64,000 bases of DNA from the human T2T-CHM13v2.0 reference genome, Homo sapiens, in assembly GCF_009914755.1 (NCBI RefSeq), contig NC_060928.1. One strand, given 5' to 3'. Of the stretch, positions 1 through 21,280 are shown piece after piece. Under the pieces are notes generated by a model. The model searched no databases. It saw only the letters and a program-made list of their open reading frames with translations, and was not told the origin of the DNA. The first letter of the stretch is position 1. Each line of letters starts with the position of its first letter. Made by a program: the position numbers and the translations under genes.

Positions 1-86
1 AAAGATAAAAAGCAATTAAAGTCAAGTTACATATTACGTACTGGTTAGCAATTAATCCAACTAACAGCTGATTTCTCATCAGAAAC

Positions 87-622
87 TGTGCTAATTTTCT
101 ATTACTGTCATAACAAATTACCTTAATTAAATTAATTTGGAGACTTAAAACAACATCCATGTATTATGTCACAGTTAAACAGACCAGAAGTCCAGGTACA
201 AAGTGGCTCAGCTGAGCCCTCTGCTTAGGGTCTTATGAGGATAAAACCACAAAGAAGTAGAGCTGTTTCTTTCTGGAGGTTCTCAGGGTAAATCCACTTC
301 TGAGCTCATTCAAGTTGCTGGCAGAATCCAGTTTCATATGGTTGTAAGGTTGAGGTCATTCTCAGCTTCTAGAGGTTGGCTGCATTCCTTGACTCATGGT
401 CCCTTCTCTCATCTTTGAAGCCAACAATGGTGGGCAGAGTCCCACTCACACTTCAAATTTCTCTAACTTTATCTTCTGCTTTATCTCCTCTGCTGTTAGC
501 TGGAGAAAGTTCTCTATTTTAAGGGCATGTGGATTTAGACTGGGCCCAACTAGACAACCCAGGCTAATTTTTCTATCTGAAAGTCCATAGCCTTAATTAT
601 ATCTGAAAGTCCCTTTTGCCAT
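87..622 (-). mobile_element. MaLR LTR (MLT1 family)
   Basis: MLT1-type motifs ataacaaattacc..acttaaaacaac..ccagaagtcc..gtcccttttgcca. Confidence 0.7.
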
Positions 623-1147
623 TGGTCTTACCCCTCATTGTGTTGCTATAACAGAAGACCACAGACTGGGTAATTTACAAAGAAAAGGAATGTATTTCTT
701 ACAGCTCTGGAGGCTGGGCAATCCAAGATCAAGGGGCTGCACCTTGTGAAAGCCTTCTCGTTGTGTAATCCCATGGTGGATGAAATACCCAAGACCGAGT
801 AATTTATAAGGAAAAGAGGTTGAATTGGCTCACGGTTTCACAGGCTGTACAGGAGGCATGGCTGCTTCTGCTCGACTTCTAGGTAAGTCTTGGGAGACTT
901 ACAATCAGGGTGGAAAGCGAAAGGAAGCAGGAATATCTTACATGGCCAGAGCAAGAGGAAGAGAGAGAGGAGGGAGGTGCTACACACTTATAAACAACCA
1001 GATCTTGTGACAACTCTATCACAATAACAAAACCAAAGGGAGAAATCCACCTCCATGATCCAATGACCTCCCTCCAAGACCACCTCCAACACTGGGGATT
1101 ACAATTCGACATGAAATTTGGGCAGCGACACAAAAGCCAACCATATG
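623..1147 (-). mobile_element. Two adjacent MaLR LTR pieces (MST-like)
   Basis: cagactgggtaattt..aagaaaag motif twice (660, 795); ends gggattacaattcgacatgaaatttggg. Confidence 0.7.
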
Positions 1148-1149
1148 AA

Positions 1150-2320
1150 AGACACATAAAGCAAACAGTAAGCACAAAAAGGCCAGAGTGGCTATATCAG
1201 TATCAGATTTAAAATGGATCTTGATGTAAAATAGATTTTAAATCAAAATGTATTACCAGAGATAAAGAGAGACACATCATAACGATGAAAGGGTCAATTC
1301 AACAGGAAACAACAATAATTTTAAAAATTGTATGTACTCAACAACATAGCTTTCAAATACATAAAGCAAAGATGGCCAGAATATAAGGTAGAAATAGACA
1401 ATTTCACAATCATAAATGGAAATTATAACATCCCTGCCCTAGCAATGATAGAAAACTAGACAAAAAGTCAGTAGACATAGAAGATCTGAGCAATGCTATC
1501 AACAAGCGTGACTTTTCAATTGTACATGGAATATTTACCAGGAAGAAACATATGCCGGGCTATAAAAAAAAAATGCCTCAATAAAAATTTTTAAATGGGC
1601 CAGATATGTTGGTTCATGCCCATAAGCCCAGTACTTTGGGAGGCCAATGTTAGAGGATTGCTTGAGGCTAGGAGTTTAAGAGCAGCCTGGGCAACATGAC
1701 ATAGTGAGACCCTGTCTCTACAAAAAATAAAAATAAAAAATTTTCAATAGAAATCAGGCTAGACACGGTGGATCATATCTGTAATTCCAACACCTTGAGA
1801 GGCCAAGGTGGGAGGATTGCTTGAGCCCAGGGGTTCAAGATTAGCCTGGGCAACATAGGGAGACCCATCCCCGTCTCTACAAAAAAAATTTAAAAATTAG
1901 CCAGGCAGTGTGTTTTGCACCTGTAGTCCTGGGTACTCAGGAGGTTGAGGGAGGATTGCTTGAGCCCAGGAGGTTGAGGCTGTGTGAGCTAGGATTGCAC
2001 CACTGCACTCCAGCCTGGGTGACAGAGTGAGACCCTGTCTGAAGAAAAAAGAAAAGAAAAGAAAAGAAAAGAAAGAAATTATAATAGAGAATATAGTCTC
2101 TGACTACATGGAATTAAATTAGAAATAATAAAGATGTGATAACCAGAAAAATCCAAACCATTTGGAAATTAAACAACACACTTCTAAATAATTGTTGTGT
2201 CAGAGAATAAATGCAACAGATATTAGAAAATATCTTGATAATATTCTGTTATTGAAATGATAATGATAGTAATCATGGAACGATAATGAAAATGCCGCAT
2301 GTCCAACTGTGCAGGATGCA
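1150..2320 (+). mobile_element. Old L1 ORF2 (endonuclease region) fragment interrupted by an Alu monomer (1597-1745) and an AluJ-like element (1757-2075)
   Basis: aaaatagattttaaa..agagataaagag..aagggtcaattcaaca; ggaattaaattagaaat..tggaaattaaacaacacacttctaaataa; Alu with (GAAAA)n tail. Confidence 0.72.
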
Positions 2321-3097
2321 ATCTCTCTCTCTCTCTCTCCCTCCCTCTCCATGTTTGTGCCCACAGTGTGGCTGAGGGGCTGATGCTGGCAGAACGAGTG
2401 TTAAGAGGTCATACAGAAGTGGCCTTTAAAATTTGCTTTAGGGGGTAAAAATAATGGAGAGTCTGTTGGATTTTTCTTGGTTTTTAAATTTGCAGCCAAA
2501 ACTGTAAGACAAGAGATCATATTTAACATCCCCGAGGAACATGATCTAGGAAGTACATTATTATCTGTAATTAATTAGAGATCATTTTGTCACTGTAAGG
2601 AATCTATAAGAGCATGAGTTAATTATTTCACCAAAATGTTCTGCTTCCCAGGGAGTTGGTAATGGTTGGCTAACCTGGAACAACCCTGTTTATGCTTCAG
2701 CCCAGGTTTCCTATCCCCTTGGCCTGATGTGTAATACCTATTATCCTTGGTTCTTTGCACTTCCAAATAACTTCTTTTTAAATTCAGCCTGTCAAGTTTC
2801 ATAAAACCCCCATTTGGAATTTTGATTGATATTGCATAACACATAAATTAATTTGACATGTTCAAAATAATGAGTTAAAATGTCAATTTTGAATGTAGAT
2901 TCTTAATTTTCTTGTAATTCTTTTGGTGTTTGTTTCACATAAGACAATGTTATGGAGTAAAAATAAATTTAGAATTATTATGTCTTCCGGTGATTTTAAA
3001 CATATCATTTTGTAGCATCCCTCTTTATTTGTAATAAGACTTTTTGTCTTACAGTCTATTTTGTCAGAGGCATAAATGTAGCTGCATCAGTCTTCCT

Positions 3098-3494
<397 letters not shown>

Positions 3495-3840
3495 TAAATA
3501 GCATACAGCTTCTTTATCTCTACTTTATCTGAATATCTTTTAACTAGAGACTTTAGCTCCTTTACATTTTTTGTGACTACTAAGGTACTGAAACTTATTT
3601 CTAACATCTAATTTTGGGCTTTTTATTGATCCCTTTATTGTGTTTCCCTCCTCCTCATCCTTCATGTTTTTCTTCTTAATTCATTGTTTTTCTGTACATT
3701 TCACTTTTCCTTTTACCTAAAGTATCATCACAGTGCATCTATTGATAATAAACTCTTTAAAAAATTTCTATGTGAATGAATACATATTGATTTCACCCAT
3801 GTTTTTGAATGACAGCTTAGCTGAGTATAGAATTCTAAAT

Positions 3841-4140
3841 TGCTCGGTGTGGCGGCTCATGCCTGTAATACCAGCACTTTGGGAGGCTGAGGCGGGCAGA
3901 TTACTTGAGGTCAGGAGTTCGAGACCAGCCTGGCCAACATGGTGAAACCCCGTCTCTACTAAAAATACAAAAATTAGCTGGGCGTGATGGTGGGGGCCTG
4001 TAATCCCAGGTACTGGGGAGGCTGAGGCAGGAGAATTGCTTGAACCCTGGAGGCGGAGTTTGCAGTAAACCAAGACCTTCCCACTGTGCCCCAGCCTGAG
4101 CAACAGAACGAGACTCCATCTCAAAAAAAAAAAAAAAAGA
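3841..4140 (+). mobile_element. Alu (AluS-like)
   Basis: full dimer, A tail, flanking agaattct repeat. Confidence 0.93.
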
Positions 4141-4723
4141 ATTCTGAGTTGACAGTTACTATTTTCTCAGCACTTACAGAATATTATTGGATTACTCCCT
4201 CAGGGATTCTATTGCTCTATGGAAAATCAGCTGACAGTCTGATTGTCATGGCTTCAAAGGTGATCCGGTTTTCCCTCTTGTTACTTGCAAGATTTTTTTT
4301 CTTATTCTTTAGTGTCCTATTGTTTCACAAGCCTCTAAGTGTACATTTTGTCTTTTATTTATGTGCTGCTTCTACAAAACACTCCATACTATCACCTAGC
4401 AGGGATTATTTTTATGTAAATGTCTTGGGTTGAAGGTTCCTCAGCATGCAAATAAAATAAATGTGGAACTCTTGCCACTCAGAAATTCAGAGAAGACGTT
4501 TCTGAGTTTTTTATTTACCTCCGTTCAAAACTGAAACAAGCAAATTTCCTTGGCTAGGCAGATTTCCCCCACTAACCAAGCCCCCCTCACCAGGTCCATT
4601 TTTTCACTGTGTGTGGCTATTTGAGGATGCTGGCCTTGGGAACGCGGCAGAGGGCGAGGACTTGGTTCCAGCTGTCTGCATCACCGTGGACTGACTCACC
4701 CCCTAGTTGCACACGGGCACTAA

Positions 4724-5133
<410 letters not shown>

Positions 5134-5339
5134 AAAATGTTCTTACTTTCTTGTGCGTGCAGGTGTGCATTCCTCACCCCAGTACTTCCGACAATGTTAT
5201 AGGATGAGAATTTGCAGTCTATAAAATCCAGCTTTTGCTAGAGACAGGATTAACATTTTAAAAACTTATTATAAAACTCTATAATCGTAAATATTTGCTA
5301 ACTTACTAAAATCTCACTACCCTACTGTTTAAGTACTTT

Positions 5340-6208
<869 letters not shown>

Positions 6209-6299
6209 TAATCTACTCATTTTATTAGTACATTCCTGACGTTCATTTAGAGAGTGTGTGTCCCAAAGTGTAAAATTAATAATATATGAAGCTATTAAG

Positions 6300-7170
6300 T
6301 TATCCATACCACCTCACAGCCATTAGGATGGCTGTCATCAAAAACATAAGAGTTAACAAGTGCCGGTGAGAGTGTGGAGAAAAGAAAACCCTTGTACACC
6401 ATTGGTGGGAATATAGACTGGTCCAGCCATCATGGAAAACGATGTGGAGGTTTCTAAAGAAATTAAACATAGAACTACTCCGTGACCCAGCAATCCCTCT
6501 TCTGGGTCTATACCCAAAGGAAATAAAATCACCAACTCCTAAAGATATCTGCACACTCATGTTTATCACTGTATTATTCCCAACAACCAAGATAGGGAAG
6601 CAAAATAAGTGTGACCAACAGACAAATGGGTGAAGAAACTGTGACATAGATGTTGATAGAGGTATGAATGCTATTCAGCCTTAAAGAAGGAGGAGATCCT
6701 GCCATTTGCCACAATGTGGATGAACCTGGAGGATTCATCCTAAGTGAATAAGCCAAGCACAGATAGAAAAATATTATATGATCTCATATATGGAATCTTA
6801 AAAAAAAAAAAGTCAAATATACAGAGATAGGGAATAAAACAGTGGTTGCCGGGGGCAGGGTAGGAGGAGGAAATGGGAGATGTAGGTCAAAGAATCAGAT
6901 TTGTGGGATGAATGAAAAAGTGGCAGGTATATAGGATGAGCAAGCCTAGAGGTCTAATGTACAACAGGAGGACTACAGTTAACAATGCTGAGTCATACGC
7001 AGGATTTCTGCCGAGTGATTCTAGCTGCTCTTGCCATGCACAAAACGTGGGTACCAGTGGGAGATAATGGATCTGTTAATTTGCTTCACTATCGTAACCA
7101 TTTTACTGTGTATATGAATGTCATAACCTCATGCTGTATACCTTATTCACAATAACATTTATTTTAAAAA
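6300..7170 (+). mobile_element. L1 3' end (L1MA-like)
   Basis: ORF2 C-terminal remnant WRFLKKLNIELLRDPAIPLLGLYPKE followed by L1 3'UTR. Confidence 0.88.
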
Positions 7171-7562
7171 TATACGAAGAAGCTAAATTAGCCGGCTGGC
7201 ATTCCTCTAAAATATTGACTTTCCTGTTTAGGATTTGGGTTGGCAATTTCACTACGCAATGACACAGCATTATTCCTCCCCTCGCTCTGCAATTAGAGCA
7301 TCACGCTAAGCAGCAGTTGCTAAAATTCAAACTTTATGTGATTCAGGTCTACAACCACTTTTTCTTTTTAACTCTAAGCAAGGATCTATCATTTAACCTG
7401 TAGAATGCTAATTAGTTTGTGCATTTATTTGGAAGATAAAAAATTGCCGTTAGCAAATTCCTTGATATCACACCATGAATGATCACTCGGGAAGATAGGA
7501 AGGGATGTGAGTGGAGGTGTAGGCAACATTTTCTAAATTACACAAGGAGCTCCTTGGGTGGA

Positions 7563-7645
7563 TGCGTGTGTGTCTGTGCGTGTGTGTCTGTGTGTGTGTG
7601 TCTGTGCATGTGTGCATTTGCATGTGTGTCTGTGCGTGTGTGTGA
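7563..7645. repeat. Degenerate (TG)n microsatellite
   Basis: direct reading. Confidence 0.9.
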
Positions 7646-7779
7646 GTTTGCAGAGGTATGCTTAGTGTGAAAGTTAGGTCTTGCAATCTTCTCTACCTCT
7701 TGTACCAAATAGAACAAATCTGTTTATTCTAGCTCTTAAATAGCTTCAAATCCATTGCTTCATCTTCATCCGTAGGGCT

Positions 7780-8790
<1,011 letters not shown>

Positions 8791-9014
8791 GAATACATGA
8801 ATCCATTATTGGCTGGTGGCTATAAAATAACAAAATATTCATGAAATTATGTCTTTCATCATATTTGGAAACTTCTAATTTATCAGAAAAAGATGCTATT
8901 TGACAGGCACATGGATTTTTAATGTGTTTGTCACTCTCAAGTCTGGAGACACTTTCCACATGTTTATTTCTCCAGTCAATAGCAGGAAGGAGAACATACA
9001 TTTTTCACTCAAAG

Positions 9015-9330
9015 AATTTTTTTTTTGTTTGTTTTTTGTATTTTTTTGAGACACAGTCTTGCTCTGTCGCCCAGGTTGAAGTGGAGTGGCGTGATCTCAG
9101 CTCACTGCAACCTCTGCCTCCCAGGTTCAAGCCATTCTCGTGCCTCAGACTCCTGAGTAGCTGGAATTACAGGCACGTGCCACCACGCCTGACAAATTTT
9201 TGTATTTTTAGGAGAGACAGGGTTTCACCATGTTGGCCAGGCTGGTCTCGAACTCCCTGACCTCAGGTGATCCACCTGCCTTGGCCTCCTAAAGTGCTGG
9301 GATTACAGGCATGAGCCACCACGCCCGGCC
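9015..9330 (-). mobile_element. Alu (AluSx-like)
   Basis: full dimer, TSD aaagaatttttttt. Confidence 0.93.
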
Positions 9331-10136
9331 CAAAGAATTTTTTTGTTCCATTACAAAGTGAGCTAACATGGATTTTATTTCCTTGCCTGCTATAAAGAGA
9401 GAACTACATTAAGTCCTCTGGAAGACATAAAACAACATGAGAATTTCAATTTTATTTAAAGTACATATATTTTCACTAAATATACATGTACCCTAATTTC
9501 AAGACCTAAATATACCATAAAACAAATAATCTTTTAATAATAGTTAATGTTATTCATAAGGTTTCATTTCATACTAACCCAAGTAAAACACTGCCTGCAG
9601 AAAAAAGTGACTTAGAAATAATTCAAGTTTTCCCATTGACATACGTAAAAATACAGGCCCAAAGCAGCTCGGTACCATGCCTACTATGTGCACTATGATG
9701 GTGGTTATGAAATACAGGTGTCCATAATTCTTGTGTAAAAACAGACTGCCTGGAATAGGAATTGGCAAGTTAGGGCTGGTTTGGTGAGAAGGTCCTAGGA
9801 CTGGCCTTCTGATTCAAAGTCTCACCTACTCACCACTGAAGAATAGTGGCAGTTGAAGGCACCGCAGGGTCTATTTATGCCTTTTGGTGATTTTGGGGAG
9901 GCAATTTGAGCACATAGAAAAGAATGCCAGTGAACTTATGATCAAGTTTCAAAGTTTGTATTATAATCATATTTCTGATAGCAAAGATGAACTGGATAGG
10001 TACTTAAAACTGAAAAAAAAATTGAGGAAAGTTTTTCCTAAATTGTAAGAATATATAAAGTTTTGGATAGGCAGAAAAAAATGGATGTGGGTGCTATTTC
10101 AAACAGAGAAGTATGCCATCATCAAAGGTGCAGGGA

Positions 10137-10390
10137 GGTTGGGCACGATGACTCATGCTTGTAAACCCAATACTTTGGAAGGCCAAGGTAGGAGGATCAC
10201 TTGAGCCTCGGAGTTTGAGACCACCCTGAGCAACATCGCAAGGCCCTTGTCTCTACAAAAAATTTAAAAATTAGCTGGGTGTGGTGGTCCTCCTAGCTAC
10301 TCAGGAGGCTGAGGTGGGAGGATTGCTTGAGCCCGAGTTTAAGACCACTCTGGGCAACATAGCAAGACCCCACCTTTACAAAAAAAAAAT
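10137..10390 (+). mobile_element. Rearranged old Alu (AluJ/FLAM pieces)
   Basis: left monomer, partial right arm, then repeated left-arm end. Confidence 0.8.
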
Positions 10391-11749
10391 TTTTTTTAAG
10401 TGCAGGGAAAGGAATAAGCTGGTCCCAGCAGGAGAAGGAGCTCATCTGTCACTGTCACCAGTAGATAGGGATCTGTTTTTCAAGTAGAGGTGGAAAATGG
10501 GCTCATTAATTTCTTTACAAATGGATTTGCTGCTCCTCAAAGACATTACTGAACACAAGAGTTAAATACATCAAGACACTTTTTTTTTTTCTGTAATCTA
10601 GGGAGAAGGTGCCACAATCAAATGTGAGGGTTGCTCACTGTCTCAAATGATAAAGTGCAGTGCACACAGCACACAAGCGAACCCCCCCAGCCCAGAGCCA
10701 TCAGGGATTTCCCTGCGCCAAAGCAGCAGAGACTTGTCAAAGGTTAGAGCAGCTGCGTCCTCCTCAGAGTAACTTTGTGAGCCGCGAGTTCAACCCCAGA
10801 GGCTCAGACCTCATCTTCAACCCCTAGTGAGGGACGTCGGTCCACAGCTTGTATTAGGGCCCCAAGCCGCCTTCTGTGAGCGATTTCACATCAGGTATAA
10901 ACTGGGCACTTCTGGGAAATTTCAGTCCGTCTGAACGTTAGTGACCCAGGAAGTGCGAGTGTGTGGATTAGGGGGTTTCCCACACAGAGAAGCAACTGAA
11001 TCGCGATGTGTGTGTCTGCGCTGGGGAAGGAGACTCATTATCTGGAGCTCGGCACATGCAAATTCAGCACAAGCTACAGATGCCTGCACAGCGCTACCGG
11101 CAGAGTTCCCACGGAAAATCACTTCCCTGTCCGCCTCTCCCACGACGCGTTAACATTCCAAGCCCATCAACCTCGCCTCTATTATACATGTTGACTGAAG
11201 GAGGAGTGGTTTCGCTCTATGTTCATATTTCCTTTCTGTGAAGGCATGAGAGCATCAGCAATCCATGAGAGCAGACGTTGTGTCTGTTACTCTATCTGGA
11301 ACTGCAAATTACTTACAAATATTCCTGTTGCCCCCAATTACTGTCCCGCCTGAGGTTCTGCAGCAATGCAGGGCTGAATGAGCATCATGCTGCTTTCATT
11401 TCGAGTTAACATATAGGAAATTCGTAAGTGATTAGGAAAACTTTCCGGTTTTGATTGACTCTCTGCTACTCCAGACATGCAACTGTTACTTCAGCACTTA
11501 CGTATGTGAGGGCTTTTTAAGAGTTGGGAGAAAAAAGCCATAAACACCACAGTTCAGTTTTTATTAAACCTGTTGCTTCACAGCACATAACTCCCTGACC
11601 ATAGCAAACGATTCTTTCTCAGTTAAAGGCCATGACTGCTACTAAGCAAGTTTTGTTCACTTTTATGTGCACAGGGCATAACAAAGGGCACAGACTAAAC
11701 TAATACCTTATCAATGCAACCCACCAAGTAAACTGAACTGGGTGAATGA

Positions 11750-12150
<401 letters not shown>

Positions 12151-12229
12151 AGGGAGAGAGATTTTTATTCTGTGAAATGAAGCTGGTGAGAAAATGAGGG
12201 CATGGGCTAGGGGAGTCAAGTCCAGGCTG

Positions 12230-12775
12230 TGGCACTGCTGTCTGCGTGACAGCCAATAAGTTGGAAGGCAAGGTACTGGGGCACAGAAGGCAACTTTATT
12301 TGGAAGAGCCAGCAAACCAAGAAGTCGACAGATTAGTGTCCTAAAGAACCATCTGGAGGGAATGCAAATTTTCAGGCTCCTTTTATGTTAGGGCAAGGGA
12401 GAAGAGGGAGGGAGTTGAGGTCAAGAGGTGACCGATGACCACAGACATCTGGACACTAGCAAGGGTCCAAGGCGGTTGTGAAGCCTCTTTGTCCCTGGTC
12501 AGGCCACAGTGCACCTGTAAACCCTTAACATAACATTGCTACTTGTGTGGCCCTCCTTATCTCTGCGTGGGTTAGTTAGGGGAAGGGACTGCTATCATCC
12601 TTGCCTTAAAGTTAAACTGTACACTCAGTTTCTCCCATAGTGAGCTTGGCCTATGTGCAGGGATCAGCAAAAGCAGTTAACCTAAATGGTATCACTGTGG
12701 GGCGGGGCGGGGCAGGGCGGGTGAGGAGCAAAATGGAGTTGGTCATGCCCAGCCTCTTTTTCACTGTTATCCTAG
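12230..12775 (-). mobile_element. ERV1-class (MER4-group-like) LTR
   Basis: ttaaagttaaact..tcccatag..ttggcctatg..gcaaaatggagttgg..tttcactgt resembles MER4-group LTR 5' end; minus-strand AATAAA at ~12295; family not resolved. Confidence 0.55.
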
Positions 12776-12832
12776 GAAGCGGTGAGTTTGACCCTGTACA
12801 TCTTTATCTTAGTCCTCATAAAGAGCAGGGAC

Positions 12833-13136
12833 AGGCCAGGTGTGGTGGCTCAGGCCTGTAATCCCAGCACTTTGGGAGGCTGAGGCAGGTGGATCATGAG
12901 GTCAGGAGTTCAAGACCAGCTTGGCCAAGATGGTGAAGCCCCGTCTCTACTAAAAATACAGAAAAAAAAAAAATTAGCCAGGCGTGGTGGTGGATGCCTG
13001 TAATCCCAGCTACTCAGGAGGCTGAGGCAGAGAATTGCTTGCACCCGGGAGGCAGGGGTTTGCAATGAGCTGAGATCGTGCCACTGCACCCCAGCCTCGG
13101 CAACAGAGCGAGACTCCGACTCAAAAAAAAAAAAAA
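12833..13136 (+). mobile_element. Alu (AluS-like)
   Basis: full dimer, TSD agcagggac. Confidence 0.93.
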
Positions 13137-13649
13137 GGAGCAGGGACGACCTGGTTCCTCCTTCACTAACGGCAAACAGAATGCTTCACAGCACATACTC
13201 AGAAAGAATATTTGAATCAATGAACAGCAAGAGTCACTTGCGAACAGTCATTTGTGAACAGCACCCTGAGCCTTCATCACACCCCACACCCTGTCTAGTC
13301 TCCAGTGTTGGACGCACCGAATGGGTGAAAATAACAAGCATTCGACGCCAGGGCTCCTCCGGACTAGCGAATGATTCCTCAAATGACCCAAACTAGCCAT
13401 TTAGAAAATGCTGACGTGCAGCGTGTTCTCAAAGGGCACTTACAAAACTAAATGTTCTTAGGACGCACTTTAATACTATTTAACTATTGAAATGCATGTT
13501 TGAAGATTGGGATGGGTTGGGGGAAACAGTAACAAAACAATAAAACATTTATTGCCCATCTACTTTGTGCCAAAAGTCCCGGCGTGAGGGGCTCTACCTT
13601 GGTGCCCTTTGGCTCACTCCACAAGGGACTGTCCGGGGAGGAGGCCCGA

Positions 13650-13858
13650 GGGGACAGGCTTTGAGGCCAGAGCCAGGGCTTTGAGTTTCAGTGTCAACAC
13701 TGACCTCTGGTGTGACCTTCAAAAAAGTCTTATCCTCTCTGTGCCTCGATTTCCTGATCTGGGAAATGGGGATATTGAGGAGGGTTGCTGGATGGATGAA
13801 GTTAGTAATTGTAGAATGCTTAGTATGTAATGAGCATTCAATAAGAACACTTCTCTTA
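13650..13858 (+). mobile_element. MIR
   Basis: tgtgacctt..cctctctgtgcctcgatttcctgatctgggaaatgggga core. Confidence 0.7.
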
Positions 13859-13859
13859 C

Positions 13860-14996
<1,137 letters not shown>

Positions 14997-15574
14997 TTAA
15001 AATGCAAAACTCTGACCAACAGAGAGAATGGACTGAACTTTGATCCATTAAATAAATCAAACCCAGAGACTGTGCAGCTACCCAGCCATAGGTGTGGTCA
15101 CAGTCACTCAGCGGTGAAACTGGAACCCCACCAGGTGCAGCAGAGGGACTTGGCGTGGGCTCAGCCACCAGAGCCCAAGGATGAACTGCAGCTAAAGCTT
15201 ACTGAACAGAGCCTGTGCACAGACTCAGCAGAGTTCGCTGATATTTTGGTAAAAAGCACAGAGCCCGCCCTGCGTTCAGTGTGAGCGGTAACAGCTCCAA
15301 GCACATGGTATGTATGACCTGTTTTCAAGGACCTCTGTGTATTTTTAAATTTTGTGAAATTCCCCACTAGAAGTTAAAACTCAGCATTTTTAAGAAATTA
15401 TTATTAAAAACCATTTCTATCCAATAAGAGCTTTTAGTTGGAGAAGTTTCTGCATCTTGATCATTGTTTATTTAATTAGAACAATTTGTTTTTAATAAGG
15501 CTTATGAATAACATTTTCTTTTGTGCAGACTAATTTAAAGTATCTATTTTAAAGTATACTTAAGCAATCAAGAA

Positions 15575-17560
<1,986 letters not shown>

Positions 17561-17668
17561 TACTTTCTCTTCTTTCAAAAGAAGAGAAAAATACTCATTT
17601 CAAATTAAAATTTTAAGAACACCAATCACAAAACAAGAGCATCATTTAAAAATGCGTTTGTAATCCTA

Positions 17669-18603
<935 letters not shown>

Positions 18604-19236
18604 CTACAGGATATACTTGGTGTGATGACATTTTCATTCAAATGTGTCACACACGCTCTTTCTCTTCAAGTCTGGCATCACTGGAAAATGCAGCTCCTAC
18701 ACACCCACACTTTAACGGCACAGTGACAAGTGCAGTAATTGCCTAAGTGTTCACATGAGCAGAGATTTGCTTGGGGAAAAAAAAATACTTGCCATTCTAT
18801 TCAAGTGGCTCGTTCTGTTTGCGGTAAAGGCAGTAAACTGCTAGCGAGGAAATTAGATTCTGACAAACAGCTCTCCCCCCGCCGGTGCACTAATTGAAAT
18901 GGAGCCTAACGCCTTTCACGAAGAGCTGTCAGAACGTATAGGGAACGCCAGTCGGCCAAAGAGAAAGAGCAGCCGCGTTGACCTTCAGAAAGCTACTGAC
19001 CCAATGCAGTAGACTTGAGTCAAAGTGGGGATTGCGGCGACAGGGGAGCCCATCAACCAGAAGAGGACGGGAGGTGGCGCGTGGGGGGCGGGAGGGTTTT
19101 CCAGTGGGCCTGATGGACAGCAAACCTAAGCCTTACATTTACCCCTGTCACTGAAAATTGAATCCATATTAGAGCAAATTTCACAAAGACGATTCCATTC
19201 TGGTTTAGACTTTGTTTTTCATGGAAAAAATTCACA

Positions 19237-19844
<608 letters not shown>

Positions 19845-20994
19845 TCACAGGAAGAGACAGGGAGGCAGGATTATCCAGAGCTGTCTATAGCAGAGCTGCT
19901 GTGCACAGAGCCTGGTGCTCCAGCCCTCCGGGCTGGGCGGTTGGGAGGAGCTCACTGTAAGCATACCACTCTGAAATCTCTGGTTTAGAGCAGCCTAGGG
20001 CCTTTATGTCATCCACGATGCCATAAAAAAGTTTTCTATGTATGCCATGACATGGAAGAGGTGGGGAAAACATTGGCATGAAGTAACAGCAGAGGACTAC
20101 ATCAGTGTTAAGGAAATCTGAACACAATCCTGTCAGAGTTCCAGTGCTGCCGTTCTAGAATTTTGTTATCTTATAGGTAATACTTTGAAAACAAATAATC
20201 CACATATCTATAAATCCGTCTGGAAGAGGAACAAAAATGAATATACAAAGATGTCATTGTTGTGAAAAAATTAAAAAAATCTTCAAAGTAGCAAAATAAA
20301 ATAGGTAAATAAGTTATAGTAAATTCATGCTATGAAATAGTATACAGCTCTTTAAAATGGAATTTTTCTGAAAAGGACACATACTTTAAAGTGAGAAAAG
20401 CAGGGCACAAAATTTGATACAAGATACGGATTTTGTAAACCGCACTCAGAAAATAAAATCAGATCATTGCATGCAAAATAGTGTTCCTGGGTGATATGAT
20501 TATAACTATTTTTTCAAAATAGTTTACTTTTTTCAACTTAAATATAAAATAAAACATAAAAATAAAAACGTGATAATGTATTCGATGGCAGTTTTAAAAT
20601 GTAGGATTGCTTGTATCCCAGAAATCTTAAGAAAATGTGTCTAATCATTTCATTTCTACTTTCTATACCTGTAACTTACATGGTTGGGAATACAGTACGG
20701 ATGTCCTTTTTTAAAAAATTAAAATATATACAACACCGTGAAGGACTTCCTTCTAGTGCAGATGACTGACAAAATGAAGAGAAGATGCACCTGTTCCAGT
20801 GGTGTCTAGTGATTTGAACAGAAAGAAACTGTGAAGAACCAGGAATGAAATCCTGAGATATGAAGGGGACTGTCTGAAATCCATGTGCCTTTTTGAGGTA
20901 GTTTCGTATCATCTCCTGGAAGCAGAAATGCTACAAAGCAGTGGAAGGAAGCTGGGGTTTTCCCTGTCATTGGGGAGTTTAACTCTGGGGAGCT

Positions 20995-21280
20995 TATTTT
21001 TCCCCAACTTTATTAAGGTATGATGGATAAATGAAAATTGTATGTATTTAAGGTGTACCATGTGATGATTTGATATGCATATACATTGTGAAATGATTAC
21101 ATAATCTGTCTAATTAGCATATCCATCCCCTCCCATAATTACCTTTTTTCCGTGGGGAACACACTTATGATTTACTCTCTCGGTAAATGTCAAGTATGCA
21201 TTATTACTAACTATAATCGTTATGCTGTACATTAGAACCTGCTCATCTTATCCTTTAACCAACATTGCCCCATTACCACA
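20995..21280 (-). mobile_element. L1MA 3'-end fragment
   Basis: aaaattgtatgtatttaaggtgtac..tttgatatgcatatacattgtgaaatgatt. Confidence 0.75.

Noticed and set aside
4697-4712. CTCF-like ccccctagttgc (similar at ~10820)
   Set aside because: Mismatches at core positions; expected by chance
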